Origin: an uncultured Planctomycetaceae bacterium
Lineage (GTDB): Bacteria; Planctomycetota; Planctomycetia; Planctomycetales; Planctomycetaceae
NCBI GenBank assembly: GCA_963976765.1
Contig: CAXBME010000049.1
Coordinates: forward strand, 1-32,625
DNA: 32,625 nt
Direction of reading: 5' to 3'
Shown here: in pieces, positions 1 to 9,785 of the stretch
Numbering within the stretch: the first letter of the stretch is position 1
How the letters are laid out: each line of letters starts with the position of its first letter
Position numbers and translations under genes: made by a program
The notes under the pieces: model-generated
Seen by the model: the letters and a program-made list of their open reading frames with translations, nothing else
Databases searched by the model: none
Told to the model about the DNA's origin: nothing

Positions 1-156
1 ACCACTCACAAAACACTCGTCGGATAAATACAGCCCCGACTTACCGGATGAGCCGGAAAATCGATCTGCGTGGCCTACTATCCAATTCTGTTTTCGGTAT
101 GGCTCTGATCCAGTAGACGAGCCTGAGTTCTTTTTTACTTCATCAAGGAGAGTCCG

Positions 157-1176
157 ATGAGTCCCCGAATGAAACGGCAAGGCTTCACGCTGATTGAGTT
201 GCTGGTCGTCATCGCGATCATTGCCATTCTGGTAGCGCTACTGCTTCCAGCAGTGCAGCAGGCTCGGGAAGCTGCAAGACGATCGCAGTGCAAAAACAAC
301 CTGAAACAAATCGGCACTGCAATCCACAACTATCACGACACGGCATCGACCCTGCCCGTCGGTGGCAACTGGGCTGACGGATGGGGATTTTCCTGGTGGG
401 TCGGAGTCCTTCCGTATATGGATCTTGCAACCGTATTTGAAGGAATGGAGTTCGAAGGTGCCCACCGGGGTTGGTCAGGCTACAACGCGAACAGCAACGT
501 TAACTCAGGCCAAAGGAATGGAGCATTTGTCTCAAATTTCGAATTTGAAGTAATGATTTGCCCATCGAGTCCTTTGGACAAAAAGGGAGACACTGGAGGG
601 GGGCACCAGTTGACTCGAGCTCAGTATGTCGGAATTCAGGGGGCTGCGAATGGCAATGGTTTCACGAATTCAGGGACTCATCCTCAGTTCAACTGCTGCA
701 ATTGCTGTGGAGCAGTGGTTGGAGGCAACCATGCCGGTCGAGCTGCTAGCGGCGGTCCAATGGTTCCGGTAAAAGCACTTCAGTTCAAAGATATGGTTGA
801 CGGTACGACCAACATCCTGATGGTCAGTGAACAATCAAACTTTGCCTTGAATGCATCCGGTGGATTTGATCGCATTCACAATGAACACGGCTGGATGATG
901 GGGGTCGACCAGGCGAACGTGAATGGCGACGGCCGGCACTTCAATTTGACAGTCATTAACTATCCGCCGAACGCAGTAGTTAACACGCCTTACACAACTT
1001 TGAATGGTACAGGAGTTAATGATGGCCCGAATAATGGCATCTTCTCTTCTCATACCGGAGGTGTACACGGCCTGATGGTTGATGGTTCGGTCCAGTTCAT
1101 TGGTGAAAACATTGACATGTTGACGCTGCGACGAATGTGCACCCGTGATGATGGCGGTGAATTGAACGCGTTCTAG
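157..1176 (+). CDS. DUF1559 family prepilin-type (N-methyl) protein
   Basis: [46 protein letters not shown]-terminus; CPS motif; DGTTN; C-terminal H-X9-DG ([12 protein letters not shown]); AAGGAG RBS at 145-150. Confidence 0.95.
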   Translation: MSPRMKRQGFTLIELLVVIAIIAILVALLLPAVQQAREAARRSQCKNNLKQIGTAIHNYHDTASTLPVGGNWADGWGFSWWVGVLPYMDLATVFEGMEFEGAHRGWSGYNANSNVNSGQRNGAFVSNFEFEVMICPSSPLDKKGDTGGGHQLTRAQYVGIQGAANGNGFTNSGTHPQFNCCNCCGAVVGGNHAGRAASGGPMVPVKALQFKDMVDGTTNILMVSEQSNFALNASGGFDRIHNEHGWMMGVDQANVNGDGRHFNLTVINYPPNAVVNTPYTTLNGTGVNDGPNNGIFSSHTGGVHGLMVDGSVQFIGENIDMLTLRRMCTRDDGGELNAF

Positions 1177-1201
1177 TCACTCGCCGGAGATTGAATGATC
1201 C

Positions 1202-1241
1202 GATCCCCGTAGTCGCTTGTAGATTACGGGGGTCTTTTCTT
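1202..1241 (+). terminator. Intrinsic terminator-like hairpin between the DUF1559 gene and the lipoprotein gene
   Basis: Stem GATCCCCGTAGTC (1202-1214) / GATTACGGGGGTC (1222-1234) with two G-U pairs, followed by TTTTCTT. Confidence 0.7.
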
Positions 1242-1277
1242 GCCTTCACGCATAAAATGGCTTTAGTGAGGATTGGG

Positions 1278-1736
1278 ATGCTTTCGCTACGAACACTTTC
1301 AGCACTCATTTTGACTCTGGTAATTGTCGGATGCGGTAGCGGTGGAGCTGGTCTACCGGAAGGGGAGACAGGAACGGTATCCGGAATCGTAAAGCTCGAT
1401 GGCAAACCCGTTGCCCAAGGGACAGGCATTACATTCATGCGAGATTCCGATGGTGCCATCGCTTCAGGGGTATGTGATTCGGGAGGCGGATATGTGCTGA
1501 AGATGAAAGGTGGACTCTCAATCGTGGCAGGAACCTACCGCGTTGCCGTGACTGCTCCGAATCCAACCGCAGGCATGTCGCCTGAGCAAGCAATGGAGCT
1601 TGCCGCAGCGAATAAATTGCCAAAAGAAAGCGATAATGCAATTCCTGAGCGGTACAGAAACCTGACTGAATCAACGATTATTTTCGAAGTGAAGCCAACG
1701 TCAAATTCATTCGACCTCGAAATGGTCAGCCAGTAA
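1278..1736 (+). CDS. Lipoprotein with carboxypeptidase-regulatory-like (transthyretin-like) fold, usual DUF1559 partner
   Basis: Lipobox IVGC; GTVSGIVKLDGKPV, GTYRVAV, IPERY and FDLEM motifs; start placed at ATG 1278 after GAGGA, because the track start at 1191 overlaps the hairpin. Confidence 0.85.
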   Translation: MLSLRTLSALILTLVIVGCGSGGAGLPEGETGTVSGIVKLDGKPVAQGTGITFMRDSDGAIASGVCDSGGGYVLKMKGGLSIVAGTYRVAVTAPNPTAGMSPEQAMELAAANKLPKESDNAIPERYRNLTESTIIFEVKPTSNSFDLEMVSQ

Positions 1737-1817
1737 TGCCAAATCCTGTTTTCAGATGATTCAACTCAGGTTTTCGTTTGAAAGACGGTCAGAACGCCGT
1801 CGTGATTAATTGCCCTG

Positions 1818-2942
1818 TCAATTCGTTGTCGTGACGTTGTACTCGCCGGGGAAGTTGGACTTTTTCCCATCGGCCAGTATGCCGACGATTTTGAACTTCT
1901 TCGTCGACGGGGGCAGTGGGAAGTAGAGGAAGCCTTCATCCTCGTAGACACATGGGTAGAGAGTCTGGTCGACTTTGGCGCTGACGTTGAAACCAAGGCC
2001 GTCGACGCTGGCCGCCAGGCCCACTGAATCCCGATAGAGCAGGATATCTGCCACGCCCTGCTGATTACGGATCGCGACATCCCAGTCGTTGACAAAGTCA
2101 ACGAGCGAACTCTTCAGCAATCTGGTGCGAGCAGACTCCAGCTCGTCGAAATGCTGGTCGTACCACCTGCGAAGGTCTTCGTCGATCGGAAACCGAACGA
2201 ACTTTGTCTGGCTGCCGGTCAGAATCTGGATTTCCAGGCCGGCGTCATTGGCGCTGAATTGAGTTTCAACGATCTGACTTTTGACCCGCTCGCGATCTTC
2301 GGCGAAATGCGCGAGCACTCGTGATCTAATGTCGTCGGACACGTCAATCATTCCCTTGTCGACGACCTTAGGATTCAACGCTTCTTTGCTGATGAACGAG
2401 GCGAATCGATCGCCGGTCACGCTTGGCATTTGCTGGATGTAGAGCCAGGCCATGCCGCCGACCAGGGCCAGCCCACAAAGGACCGGAAACCAGAGTCCGG
2501 ACTTTTTGCTCTTCGAACGCCGCCGCACTCGTGCGGCCATCGAGGTTCCAACCGGGACGATCGGTTGCCCCGGTGTCGGTGCTGGCGGTCCTGGAAACTG
2601 CCCCGGAGCCACTGGTGACGCAAACTGCGGAAATCCTGGCGACTCAGCGGTGCCCCCCCCCAGCACGCTCGCTGGCGCTGCGTCAACCAATGGAGTGAAC
2701 GGCTCACCTGGCCGAACGTCGGGAAATGGCGCCGAGTCGTCAGTAATTCTCTGAGGCGCCATTGGCGGAGGTGCGACGGGCGGTGGAACAATCGGCTGTT
2801 GAGGCGAGACGGGCGGTGGAACAGGCACCTGCGGAACCAGAAGCTTTGTTTGACAAGCCGGACAGGAACCTTTGGCCCCGGCGGCCGCATCCGGTACTCG
2901 TATCGCGGCTCCGCACTGCGGACAGTTAAATTCAATGGCCAT
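1818..2942 (-). CDS. Zn-ribbon / Pro-rich linker / single-TM membrane protein
   Basis: N-terminal CPQC...CPAC, long Pro-rich region, basic cluster RRRSKSKK, then hydrophobic helix LWFPVLCGLALVGGMAWLYI. Confidence 0.8.
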   Translation of the reverse strand: MAIEFNCPQCGAAIRVPDAAAGAKGSCPACQTKLLVPQVPVPPPVSPQQPIVPPPVAPPPMAPQRITDDSAPFPDVRPGEPFTPLVDAAPASVLGGGTAESPGFPQFASPVAPGQFPGPPAPTPGQPIVPVGTSMAARVRRRSKSKKSGLWFPVLCGLALVGGMAWLYIQQMPSVTGDRFASFISKEALNPKVVDKGMIDVSDDIRSRVLAHFAEDRERVKSQIVETQFSANDAGLEIQILTGSQTKFVRFPIDEDLRRWYDQHFDELESARTRLLKSSLVDFVNDWDVAIRNQQGVADILLYRDSVGLAASVDGLGFNVSAKVDQTLYPCVYEDEGFLYFPLPPSTKKFKIVGILADGKKSNFPGEYNVTTTN

Positions 2943-3260
2943 AGCAAATTCTGTTGCGTTTTAAGCTTTGCAGTTTGAAACGTTGTCGAGTCGGCGAAAT
3001 CTGAGACGAAAACATATTCGGCAAGGTGTTCAGGATCAGGCACCTGTTGACCGCCGGATAACTCCGGCACTGACTGCATCGAAATACTGAGCCAGCCAGC
3101 CAGCCAGTTGAGTTTCGCACCTGCTTGCCTTTCAAGTTGAATCAGAACGTTTCCCAACAGGAATTTCCGCGCGGCAAACTTGACAGAATCGTCAGGAACG
3201 GTATCCCGCTGAGCCGTGCCGTAGCTCAAACCTGAGGAAAACTCTTTAATCTGACATTGC

Positions 3261-3306
3261 TGCTGATTTCAGGCATTGCCAGAAACGGCAGCAACTGAAA
3301 TCAGCA
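3261..3306. repeat. Perfect 12-bp inverted repeat in a divergent intergenic region
   Basis: TGCTGATTTCAG (3261-3272) / CTGAAATCAGCA (3295-3306), with an inner TGCC/GGCA pair. Confidence 0.75.
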
Positions 3307-3388
3307 ACGGGACCACCAGTAAAGAGTCCAGTCAATGACGCGTCACACGTCCGTCTATTAGCATTCATTCACGGAATGGTCCAGGTTC

Positions 3389-4399
3389 ATGGAATTGATT
3401 CGAGCCCGAGCTTATGCGCGAGCCGGCCTGATTGGTAATCCGTCCGACGGATATCACGGCAGAACGTTGTCGTTGATCGTGCGTAACTACTGGGCCGAGG
3501 TCGTCCTCTACGAGTGGGAAGACCTCGAAATCATTCTCAGCCAGGAAGATCGCTGCCGCTTTGGATCGATGGCCGAGCTGCAACAGGACGTGCAGCTTCA
3601 CGGGTACTACGGCGGAGTTCGTCTGGTGAAGGCGACGATCCGCCGCTTCGCCGATTACTGCCAGCGAAACGGTATTTCTCACCACTCACGAAATTTTTCG
3701 ATACGCTACCAGAGCAACATTCCTCGAGCCGTGGGAATGGCCGGTTCAAGCGGCATTATCATCGCCACGCTGCGAGCGCTGATGCAGTTTTACGAGGTCG
3801 ACATCCCGCGTGAAGTTCAGCCGTCACTGGCCCTTAGTGTTGAAACGCGTGAACTGCGAATCAACGGCGGTCTTCAGGACCGAGTCGTTCAGGTTTACGA
3901 AGGCCTGGTCTATATGGACTTCGCGGAAGAGCACACGCAGATCATTGATGGGATGGAAGTGGGCCGCTACGAACCTGTCGATCCTGCATTACTTCCGAAC
4001 ATCTACATGGCATTCAGCGACGAGGCAGGTGAACCAACCGAAGTCACGCATGCGCCACTGCGAGCCCGTTACGACGATGGCGACCCGAAGATTCACGCTG
4101 CAATGAAACGTTTTGCAGCAATCACTGACGAAGCACGAACCGCGCTCGTCGCGCGCGATCATGCGACGTTTCATCAGCTTGTGAACGAAAACTTTGACCT
4201 GCGACGATCCATCTGCGACCTTTCACCGTCACACGTTCGGATGATCGAAGCCGCTCGCAGCGCCGGAGCTTCCGCCAAGTTCGCAGGTTCTGGCGGAGCC
4301 ATCGTGGGAACGTTCGAAGACACATCGCAATACGAAACGCTGGAGAAGAATCTCACGGCGTTGGGCTGCGAAGTCTTTCGCCCTCAGATCGAGCCGTGA
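3389..4399 (+). CDS. GHMP kinase, glucuronokinase-like
   Basis: ARAGLIGNPSDGYHG, GYYGGVRL, ATP-binding loop IPRAVGMAGSS, GLQDRVVQVY, NFDLRR and KFAGSGGA motifs; these match plant glucuronokinases as I recall them. Confidence 0.85.
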   Translation: MELIRARAYARAGLIGNPSDGYHGRTLSLIVRNYWAEVVLYEWEDLEIILSQEDRCRFGSMAELQQDVQLHGYYGGVRLVKATIRRFADYCQRNGISHHSRNFSIRYQSNIPRAVGMAGSSGIIIATLRALMQFYEVDIPREVQPSLALSVETRELRINGGLQDRVVQVYEGLVYMDFAEEHTQIIDGMEVGRYEPVDPALLPNIYMAFSDEAGEPTEVTHAPLRARYDDGDPKIHAAMKRFAAITDEARTALVARDHATFHQLVNENFDLRRSICDLSPSHVRMIEAARSAGASAKFAGSGGAIVGTFEDTSQYETLEKNLTALGCEVFRPQIEP

Positions 4400-4419
4400 T
4401 CCGAACAGTCAGAAGTTCC

Positions 4420-4484
4420 GTAGGATGGGACTCGACGCACCGGTGCGCAGCCTGACTTATGTGGTGCGTCAAGACGTACCCTGC
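4420..4484. repeat. Degenerate REP doublet (REPIN-like) between convergent genes
   Basis: GTAGGATGGGACTCGACGCACC (4420-4441) and inverted copy GGTGCGTCAAGACGTACCCTGC (4463-4484); GTAG-type 5' end. Confidence 0.6.
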
Positions 4485-4512
4485 GCCTGATTCATCAAGG
4501 CAAGCGTTTCCG

Positions 4513-6348
4513 CTACGTCCTGGAAGACATTCTTGACGGCTCCTTGACGTGCAGCATCAGGATGGCGATATCTGCCGGGGTGATGCCGCTGATTCGGCTG
4601 GCCTGTCCAAGGTTGTCCGGCTGCACCTTGCGCAGCTTTTCGCGTGCTTCCGCGCGAAGATTCGAGACAGCCAGATAGTCGAACGATTTCGGAATGCGGG
4701 CGTTTTCCAGATTTGACTGTTTCTCGACCGTCGACGCCTGTCGACGAATGTAGCCTGCATATTTTGTTTCGATCTCAACCTGCTCAGCAGCTCGATCCGT
4801 GATATTAAGTTCCGCAACCGTCGACGATCGCTGGCGGATGTCTGACCAGGTCAGCTCAGGTCGACGTAGCCACTCTTCCAGAGTCTTTCCTTCAGACCGC
4901 TCCTTCTGGACGAGTCGAGTCGCCCGCTCGATCTGCTCTTCGTGCTGCTGATACTGCTGCCAGCGCTCGTTGCCGACGCTGCCGATTTTACGGCCTCGCG
5001 GAGTCAGTCGTCGGTCGGCGTTGTCCTGTCGCAGCAGCAGGCGATACTCGGCACGTGATGTAAACATGCGGTACGGCTCATCAACGCCTTTCGTCACAAG
5101 ATCATCCAGCAGCACGCCGAGGTACGCTTCTTCTCGACCGAGAACAAATGGACTTTTGCCTGCGACTTTCAGAGCGGCGTTCAACCCGGCGATCAATCCC
5201 TGCCCGGCCGCTTCTTCGTAACCGGTCGTCCCGTTCAGCTGACCGGCAAAGTAGAGACCTTCGACTCGCTTGGTTTCCAGCGTCGCGTGAAGTTGCGTCG
5301 GCGGTGCGAAGTCATACTCGACGGCGTATCCGTAGCGCATGATCTCGGCGTTTTCCAGACCTTCGATCGAGCGAATCATCTCGTCCTGAACATCGCGCGG
5401 CAGACTGGTCGAAATGCCGTTGCAGTAGATTTCGAGCGTGTTGCGGCCTTCAGGTTCAAGAAACAGCTGATGTGACTGCTTCTCCGAAAAACGAACAACT
5501 TTATCCTCAATCGAAGGACAGTATCGCGGCCCTGTCGAGTTGATCTGCCCGCTGTACATGGGGGCTCGGCTAAGGTTAGCTCGGATCAGATCGTGAACCT
5601 TCTCATTGGTCGCCGCGAGCCAGCAGTCGATCTGCTGTTGCTCGATCTTTCCCGTCATGAACGAGAATGGCTGCGGGTTATCGTCGCCCGGCTGCCTTTC
5701 CAGCTTTGAGTAGTCGATCGTTCTGCCATTCAGCCGAGCCGGCGTTCCCGTCTTAAACCGCTCCAGTTGAAACCCCAGCTCGGCGAAACACTGGGACAGG
5801 GAATTCGTGGTGCCCTCCCCTGCTCTTCCGCCTTTGGACTGAGCTTCGCCCGTGTGCATAATGGCCTGCAGAAAAGTTCCCGTCGTCACAATGGCCGCAC
5901 CGACTCGGTACAAAGCGTCGCCACGAACCCGTACGCCAGTAATCTTTCCCTCTTCAACAACCAGACTCTCGACTATTTCCTGGCGAAGCGTCAGATTCTC
6001 CTGCTCCTCGACCCGCAGCTTCATCCAGAACTGGTAAGCCTTTTTGTCCGCCTGAGCTCGCGGACTGTGCATCGCCGGGCCCTTGCTTCGGTTCAACATG
6101 CGAAACTGAATTCCGGTCGCGTCGATGCAGCGCCCCATTTCGCCACCGAGCGCGTCGATCTCGCGGACGATCTGACCTTTCGCGACGCCGCCGATTGCCG
6201 GATTGCAGCTCATCTGCCCGACGGTGTCGCAGTTCATCGTCAGCAGAACCGTTCGAGCTCCCAACCGCGCCGCCGCCAGCGCTGCTTCCGTGCCGGCGTG
6301 GCCGGCTCCGATAACCGCAATGTCAAAGTCGTAAACAGAAGAAGCCAT
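4513..6348 (-). CDS. mnmG: tRNA uridine-5-carboxymethylaminomethyl(34) synthesis enzyme MnmG (GidA)
   Basis: GAGHAG FAD motif, MSCNPAIGGVAKG, GPRYCPSIEDK, AGQLNGTTGYEEAAGQG, EPYRMFTSRAEYRL. Confidence 0.98.
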   Translation of the reverse strand: MASSVYDFDIAVIGAGHAGTEAALAAARLGARTVLLTMNCDTVGQMSCNPAIGGVAKGQIVREIDALGGEMGRCIDATGIQFRMLNRSKGPAMHSPRAQADKKAYQFWMKLRVEEQENLTLRQEIVESLVVEEGKITGVRVRGDALYRVGAAIVTTGTFLQAIMHTGEAQSKGGRAGEGTTNSLSQCFAELGFQLERFKTGTPARLNGRTIDYSKLERQPGDDNPQPFSFMTGKIEQQQIDCWLAATNEKVHDLIRANLSRAPMYSGQINSTGPRYCPSIEDKVVRFSEKQSHQLFLEPEGRNTLEIYCNGISTSLPRDVQDEMIRSIEGLENAEIMRYGYAVEYDFAPPTQLHATLETKRVEGLYFAGQLNGTTGYEEAAGQGLIAGLNAALKVAGKSPFVLGREEAYLGVLLDDLVTKGVDEPYRMFTSRAEYRLLLRQDNADRRLTPRGRKIGSVGNERWQQYQQHEEQIERATRLVQKERSEGKTLEEWLRRPELTWSDIRQRSSTVAELNITDRAAEQVEIETKYAGYIRRQASTVEKQSNLENARIPKSFDYLAVSNLRAEAREKLRKVQPDNLGQASRISGITPADIAILMLHVKEPSRMSSRT

Positions 6349-6668
6349 GAGTTGATCTTAAGCCAGAAAAAGAGATGCAGAACGAAGTGCGGCATTCTGA
6401 GCCCGAAGCCGCATACTGTCGAGGGTTCGCCTGACAGCCCGAAAGTCTTACGATTTCCGACACGCCACGACTCAATTCGCTGCTGGTATCGAAACTCTGC
6501 CAACTTAATGGTCTGATCGCTGAGCAGTGAATCGACGTGAAGGATACGCCGGGCCCGACAGGAAGGCCGTTTTGATACGACGACATCCTGACAACAATAG
6601 GTTGAACAATCAGCATTCAGACCACTCCGCTCGAACCTACGACTGATAACTCTCCCAGGAGGCAATTC

Positions 6669-9600
6669 ATGCTCGTTCGACACTGCCACTTCGTCATCTC
6701 GACGACGATCGCTTGGCTGGTGACAGGCTTGATCGGTCACCTGAACGCCGCCGAGCCGGATTTCAGGAATGAAATCGCTCCGCTCCTGGCAGCGAAATGT
6801 CTCGAATGTCATAGCGGCAATGCTCCCGAAGGCGGGCTTGATCTGGCGACTCAGGCTGGCATCAACAAAGGAGGTGAAACGGGAGTCGTCGTTCAGACCG
6901 GCAAGCCCGGCGAAAGCCTGTTCTGGCACCGAATTCGCGACGACGAAATGCCACCGAAGCATCCACTGACCACGGAAGAAAAGCAGATTTTCAAAGCATG
7001 GATCACGTCCGGCGCCAAATGGAGCGGCGGAGACATTGACTGGCTTCGCTACACCAGTGACTCGCGAGCCGGGTACGACTGGTGGTCGCTTCAACCGGTC
7101 CGCGACGTTTCGCCTCCGCAGTTTGATGACAGCAAGTGGCCTCGTAACGGCATCGACCAGTTCGTTCTGAAACTTCTGCGCGAAAAGAAACTGCCCCCTT
7201 CAACGCAGGCGAGTCCGCGAGCCCAGATCCGGAGACTCTACTTCGACCTGATCGGTCTCCCGCCGGCGCCTGAAGTGATCGCGGCATTCGTTGCTGACCC
7301 CTCGGACGAGGCTTACCTCAGGATTGTTGACGACCTGCTGACTTCGCGGCGGTATGGCGAACGCTGGGCCAGGCACTGGCTGGACGTCGTCCGTTTTGGA
7401 GAAAGTGACGGGTTTGAACGAAACGGTCCGCGGACAAACTTCTGGTACTACCGCGACTGGGTGATCAACGCTCTGAACAACGACATGCCTTACGACGAAT
7501 TCGCGAGGATGCAGTTGATCGGTGACCTGTTGAAACCAGGTCCGGAAGGAGCCGCGTCAGTCGGATTTCTCGTCGCGGGAGTTCACAACACGACGGTCGG
7601 CGGCAGCGAGCGAATGAAAAAACTCGCACGCCAGGACGAACTCGAAGAGGTTATCGCCGCCGTGGGGCAGACGTTCCTCGGACTGACGGTTAACTGCGCA
7701 AGGTGTCATGATCACAAGTTCGACCCAATCAAGCAGACCGAGTATTACCAACTGATCTCGACCATCTCCGGGATGAATCACGGTGAACGGGTCGAGCGAA
7801 CTGCCGAAGAAGCAACGCGACTTCAGAAATTGTCGACCAGGTTGTCTGATGTTTCGAAACAGCTCGCCTCATTCGACAGCGAAGCACGGGGCCGAATTCT
7901 GGCGGCCCGCGAGAACGGCACGATCAAACTTCCCACGCCGCCAAAGCCCTACGCTCAATGGAGTTTTGACAGCGACCTTCGTGACGGCATCGGCTCGCTG
8001 CATGGAAAATTCGTTGGCTCCGCAAAGCTGGAAAATGGTGCCCTGGTCGTCGATGGAAAGTCGTACGTCGAAACGTCACTCGTTCCGGTCGAGTTCAAGG
8101 AAAAGACACTGGAAGCCTGGGTGCAGGTCGACACACTGGACCAGGGCGGCGGCGGAGCGATTACTTTGGAATCAACTGGTGGCGGAATCTTTGACTCAAT
8201 CGTTTACGCTGAACGAGAAAAACGACGCTGGATGGCCGGCAGCAACGGATTCGTCAGAACCGAATCGTTCAATGGGCCGGAAGAAGGAGACGCCGCAAAG
8301 CGAATCGTCCACGTTGCCATCGTCTACCAGACCGACGGAACCATCACCGGCTACCGTGATGGTCAGCCGTACGGAAGCTCGATTCGTAAGGCAGGTTTGC
8401 AGACTTACGCCGCAAATGGATCACGACTTCTGTTCGGCCTGCGGCACAGTCCGGGAGGCGGAAACCGATTCCTCACAGCCCGCATTCACAAAGCGAGCCT
8501 CTACGACAAAGCGCTTTCTCCAACTGAAGTTGCAGCGTCGGCTGGGACCGACAGCGATTACGTTTCCGACGAAGAGATCGTCGCTTCGCTGGACCCCGAC
8601 GCGGCAAGAGAAAGAGCGGCACTCAAGTCGCGAATCGCAAAACTCACCGAGGAGCACAGACAGGTCGCCGCCGCATCGAACCGAAACATCTACACAATGA
8701 ATCCGGGAAAGCCGGCTGAAATTCGTTTTCTGACTCGGGGCGACATCGAGCTGGAAGGCGACGTTGTCTTTCCGGGTGCGGTTGCATCCGTCTCGGGCGT
8801 ATCAGCATCGTTCGACTTACCCTCAGACGCGTCGGATACAGCTCGGCGGAGGAAACTTTCTGACTGGATCTCGAGCCCGGACAATCCACTTTTCGCCCGA
8901 GTCATCGTCAACCGAATCTGGCAGTACCACTTCGGAAGCGGTCTGGTCACGACGCCGAGTGATTTCGGATTCAATGGAGGGCAGCCAAGTCACCCGGAGC
9001 TGCTGGACTGGCTCGTTTCGCAGTTCACAGGTAACGGGCTGCGACTCAAGCCTCTGCATCGGTTGATCGTGACGTCAGCAACCTATCGTCAGAGTTCGTC
9101 CGTCAATGAGGTTGCTCGAAAACTGGACGCCGGAAATCGTCTGCTCTGGCGAAAGAATCCTCGCCGATTGGAAGCCGAAGTCATCCGCGATTCAATTCTG
9201 TCCGTTTCGGGAAAGTTGAATACGAACATGGGCGGGCCGGGATTTCAGGACGTCAAGCTCGTGCCCAACAACGGAACGACTTACTACGAACCGTTTGACG
9301 CCGACGGTGACGAGTTCTTCCGCCGAACAATCTACCGGTTCACTCCGCGCGGAGGACGCAGCGCACTGCTCGACACATTCGACTGCCCCGACCCTGCCGC
9401 GGCTGCTCCGCGTCGGGAAGTCACCACGACACCACTTCAGGCGCTGAGCCTGCTCAATAACTCGTTTGTCCTGCGGATGTCGGATTACTGCGCGACCCGA
9501 ATTGCAAAGGAAGTCGGGGGCAGTTCCGCTGCGCAGATTCAGCGAACGTGGCAACTTCTGCTCGGTCGGTCACCAGACGCCTCGGAACGTGAAGCCTCAA

Positions 9601-9680
9601 TGCAACTTGTTGAGCAGCACGGCCTCGCAGCCCTCTGCCGCGGTCTATTTAACGTTAATGAGTTTGTGCTGGTTGATTAA
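6669..9680 (+). CDS. Planctomycete cytochrome c + DUF1549 + LamG-like + DUF1553 (PSD1) protein
   Basis: Signal peptide; CLECH heme motif; YGERWARHWLDVVRF; CARCHDHKFDPI; central ConA/LamG-like segment; NPLFARVIVNRIWQYHFG; PSHPELLDWL; TTPLQALSLLN; NEF C-terminus. Confidence 0.95.
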   Translation: MLVRHCHFVISTTIAWLVTGLIGHLNAAEPDFRNEIAPLLAAKCLECHSGNAPEGGLDLATQAGINKGGETGVVVQTGKPGESLFWHRIRDDEMPPKHPLTTEEKQIFKAWITSGAKWSGGDIDWLRYTSDSRAGYDWWSLQPVRDVSPPQFDDSKWPRNGIDQFVLKLLREKKLPPSTQASPRAQIRRLYFDLIGLPPAPEVIAAFVADPSDEAYLRIVDDLLTSRRYGERWARHWLDVVRFGESDGFERNGPRTNFWYYRDWVINALNNDMPYDEFARMQLIGDLLKPGPEGAASVGFLVAGVHNTTVGGSERMKKLARQDELEEVIAAVGQTFLGLTVNCARCHDHKFDPIKQTEYYQLISTISGMNHGERVERTAEEATRLQKLSTRLSDVSKQLASFDSEARGRILAARENGTIKLPTPPKPYAQWSFDSDLRDGIGSLHGKFVGSAKLENGALVVDGKSYVETSLVPVEFKEKTLEAWVQVDTLDQGGGGAITLESTGGGIFDSIVYAEREKRRWMAGSNGFVRTESFNGPEEGDAAKRIVHVAIVYQTDGTITGYRDGQPYGSSIRKAGLQTYAANGSRLLFGLRHSPGGGNRFLTARIHKASLYDKALSPTEVAASAGTDSDYVSDEEIVASLDPDAARERAALKSRIAKLTEEHRQVAAASNRNIYTMNPGKPAEIRFLTRGDIELEGDVVFPGAVASVSGVSASFDLPSDASDTARRRKLSDWISSPDNPLFARVIVNRIWQYHFGSGLVTTPSDFGFNGGQPSHPELLDWLVSQFTGNGLRLKPLHRLIVTSATYRQSSSVNEVARKLDAGNRLLWRKNPRRLEAEVIRDSILSVSGKLNTNMGGPGFQDVKLVPNNGTTYYEPFDADGDEFFRRTIYRFTPRGGRSALLDTFDCPDPAAAAPRREVTTTPLQALSLLNNSFVLRMSDYCATRIAKEVGGSSAAQIQRTWQLLLGRSPDASEREASMQLVEQHGLAALCRGLFNVNEFVLVD

Positions 9681-9785
9681 CCGATTTGATAGCGACTGCT
9701 CCCATTTCGGATGTTACCTCTCCCACATGCTGGAGAGGTGACCGTTGACGGAAAGCTGCGAACTCAATCCAAACCGGAATTAACC

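Noticed and set aside
2653..2661. C9 homopolymer as a phase-variation site
   Set aside because: Reading frame is intact, the tract lies within Gly codons, and there is no evidence of variation
2775..2823. 16-nt direct repeat GACGGGCGGTGGAACA
   Set aside because: Explained by repeated VPPPV in a Pro-rich linker
2417..3229. 270-aa minus-strand ORF overlapping the Zn-ribbon gene
   Set aside because: Alternative frame of GC-rich coding sequence; Arg-rich and lacks any domain signature
5767..6516. 249-aa plus-strand ORF
   Set aside because: Antisense shadow of mnmG with no recognisable motifs
6240..7094. 284-aa minus-strand ORF
   Set aside because: Overlaps both the mnmG start and the PSD1 gene; no motifs
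7783..8700. 305-aa ORF inside the PSD1 gene
   Set aside because: Off-frame shadow with Ser/Arg-rich composition
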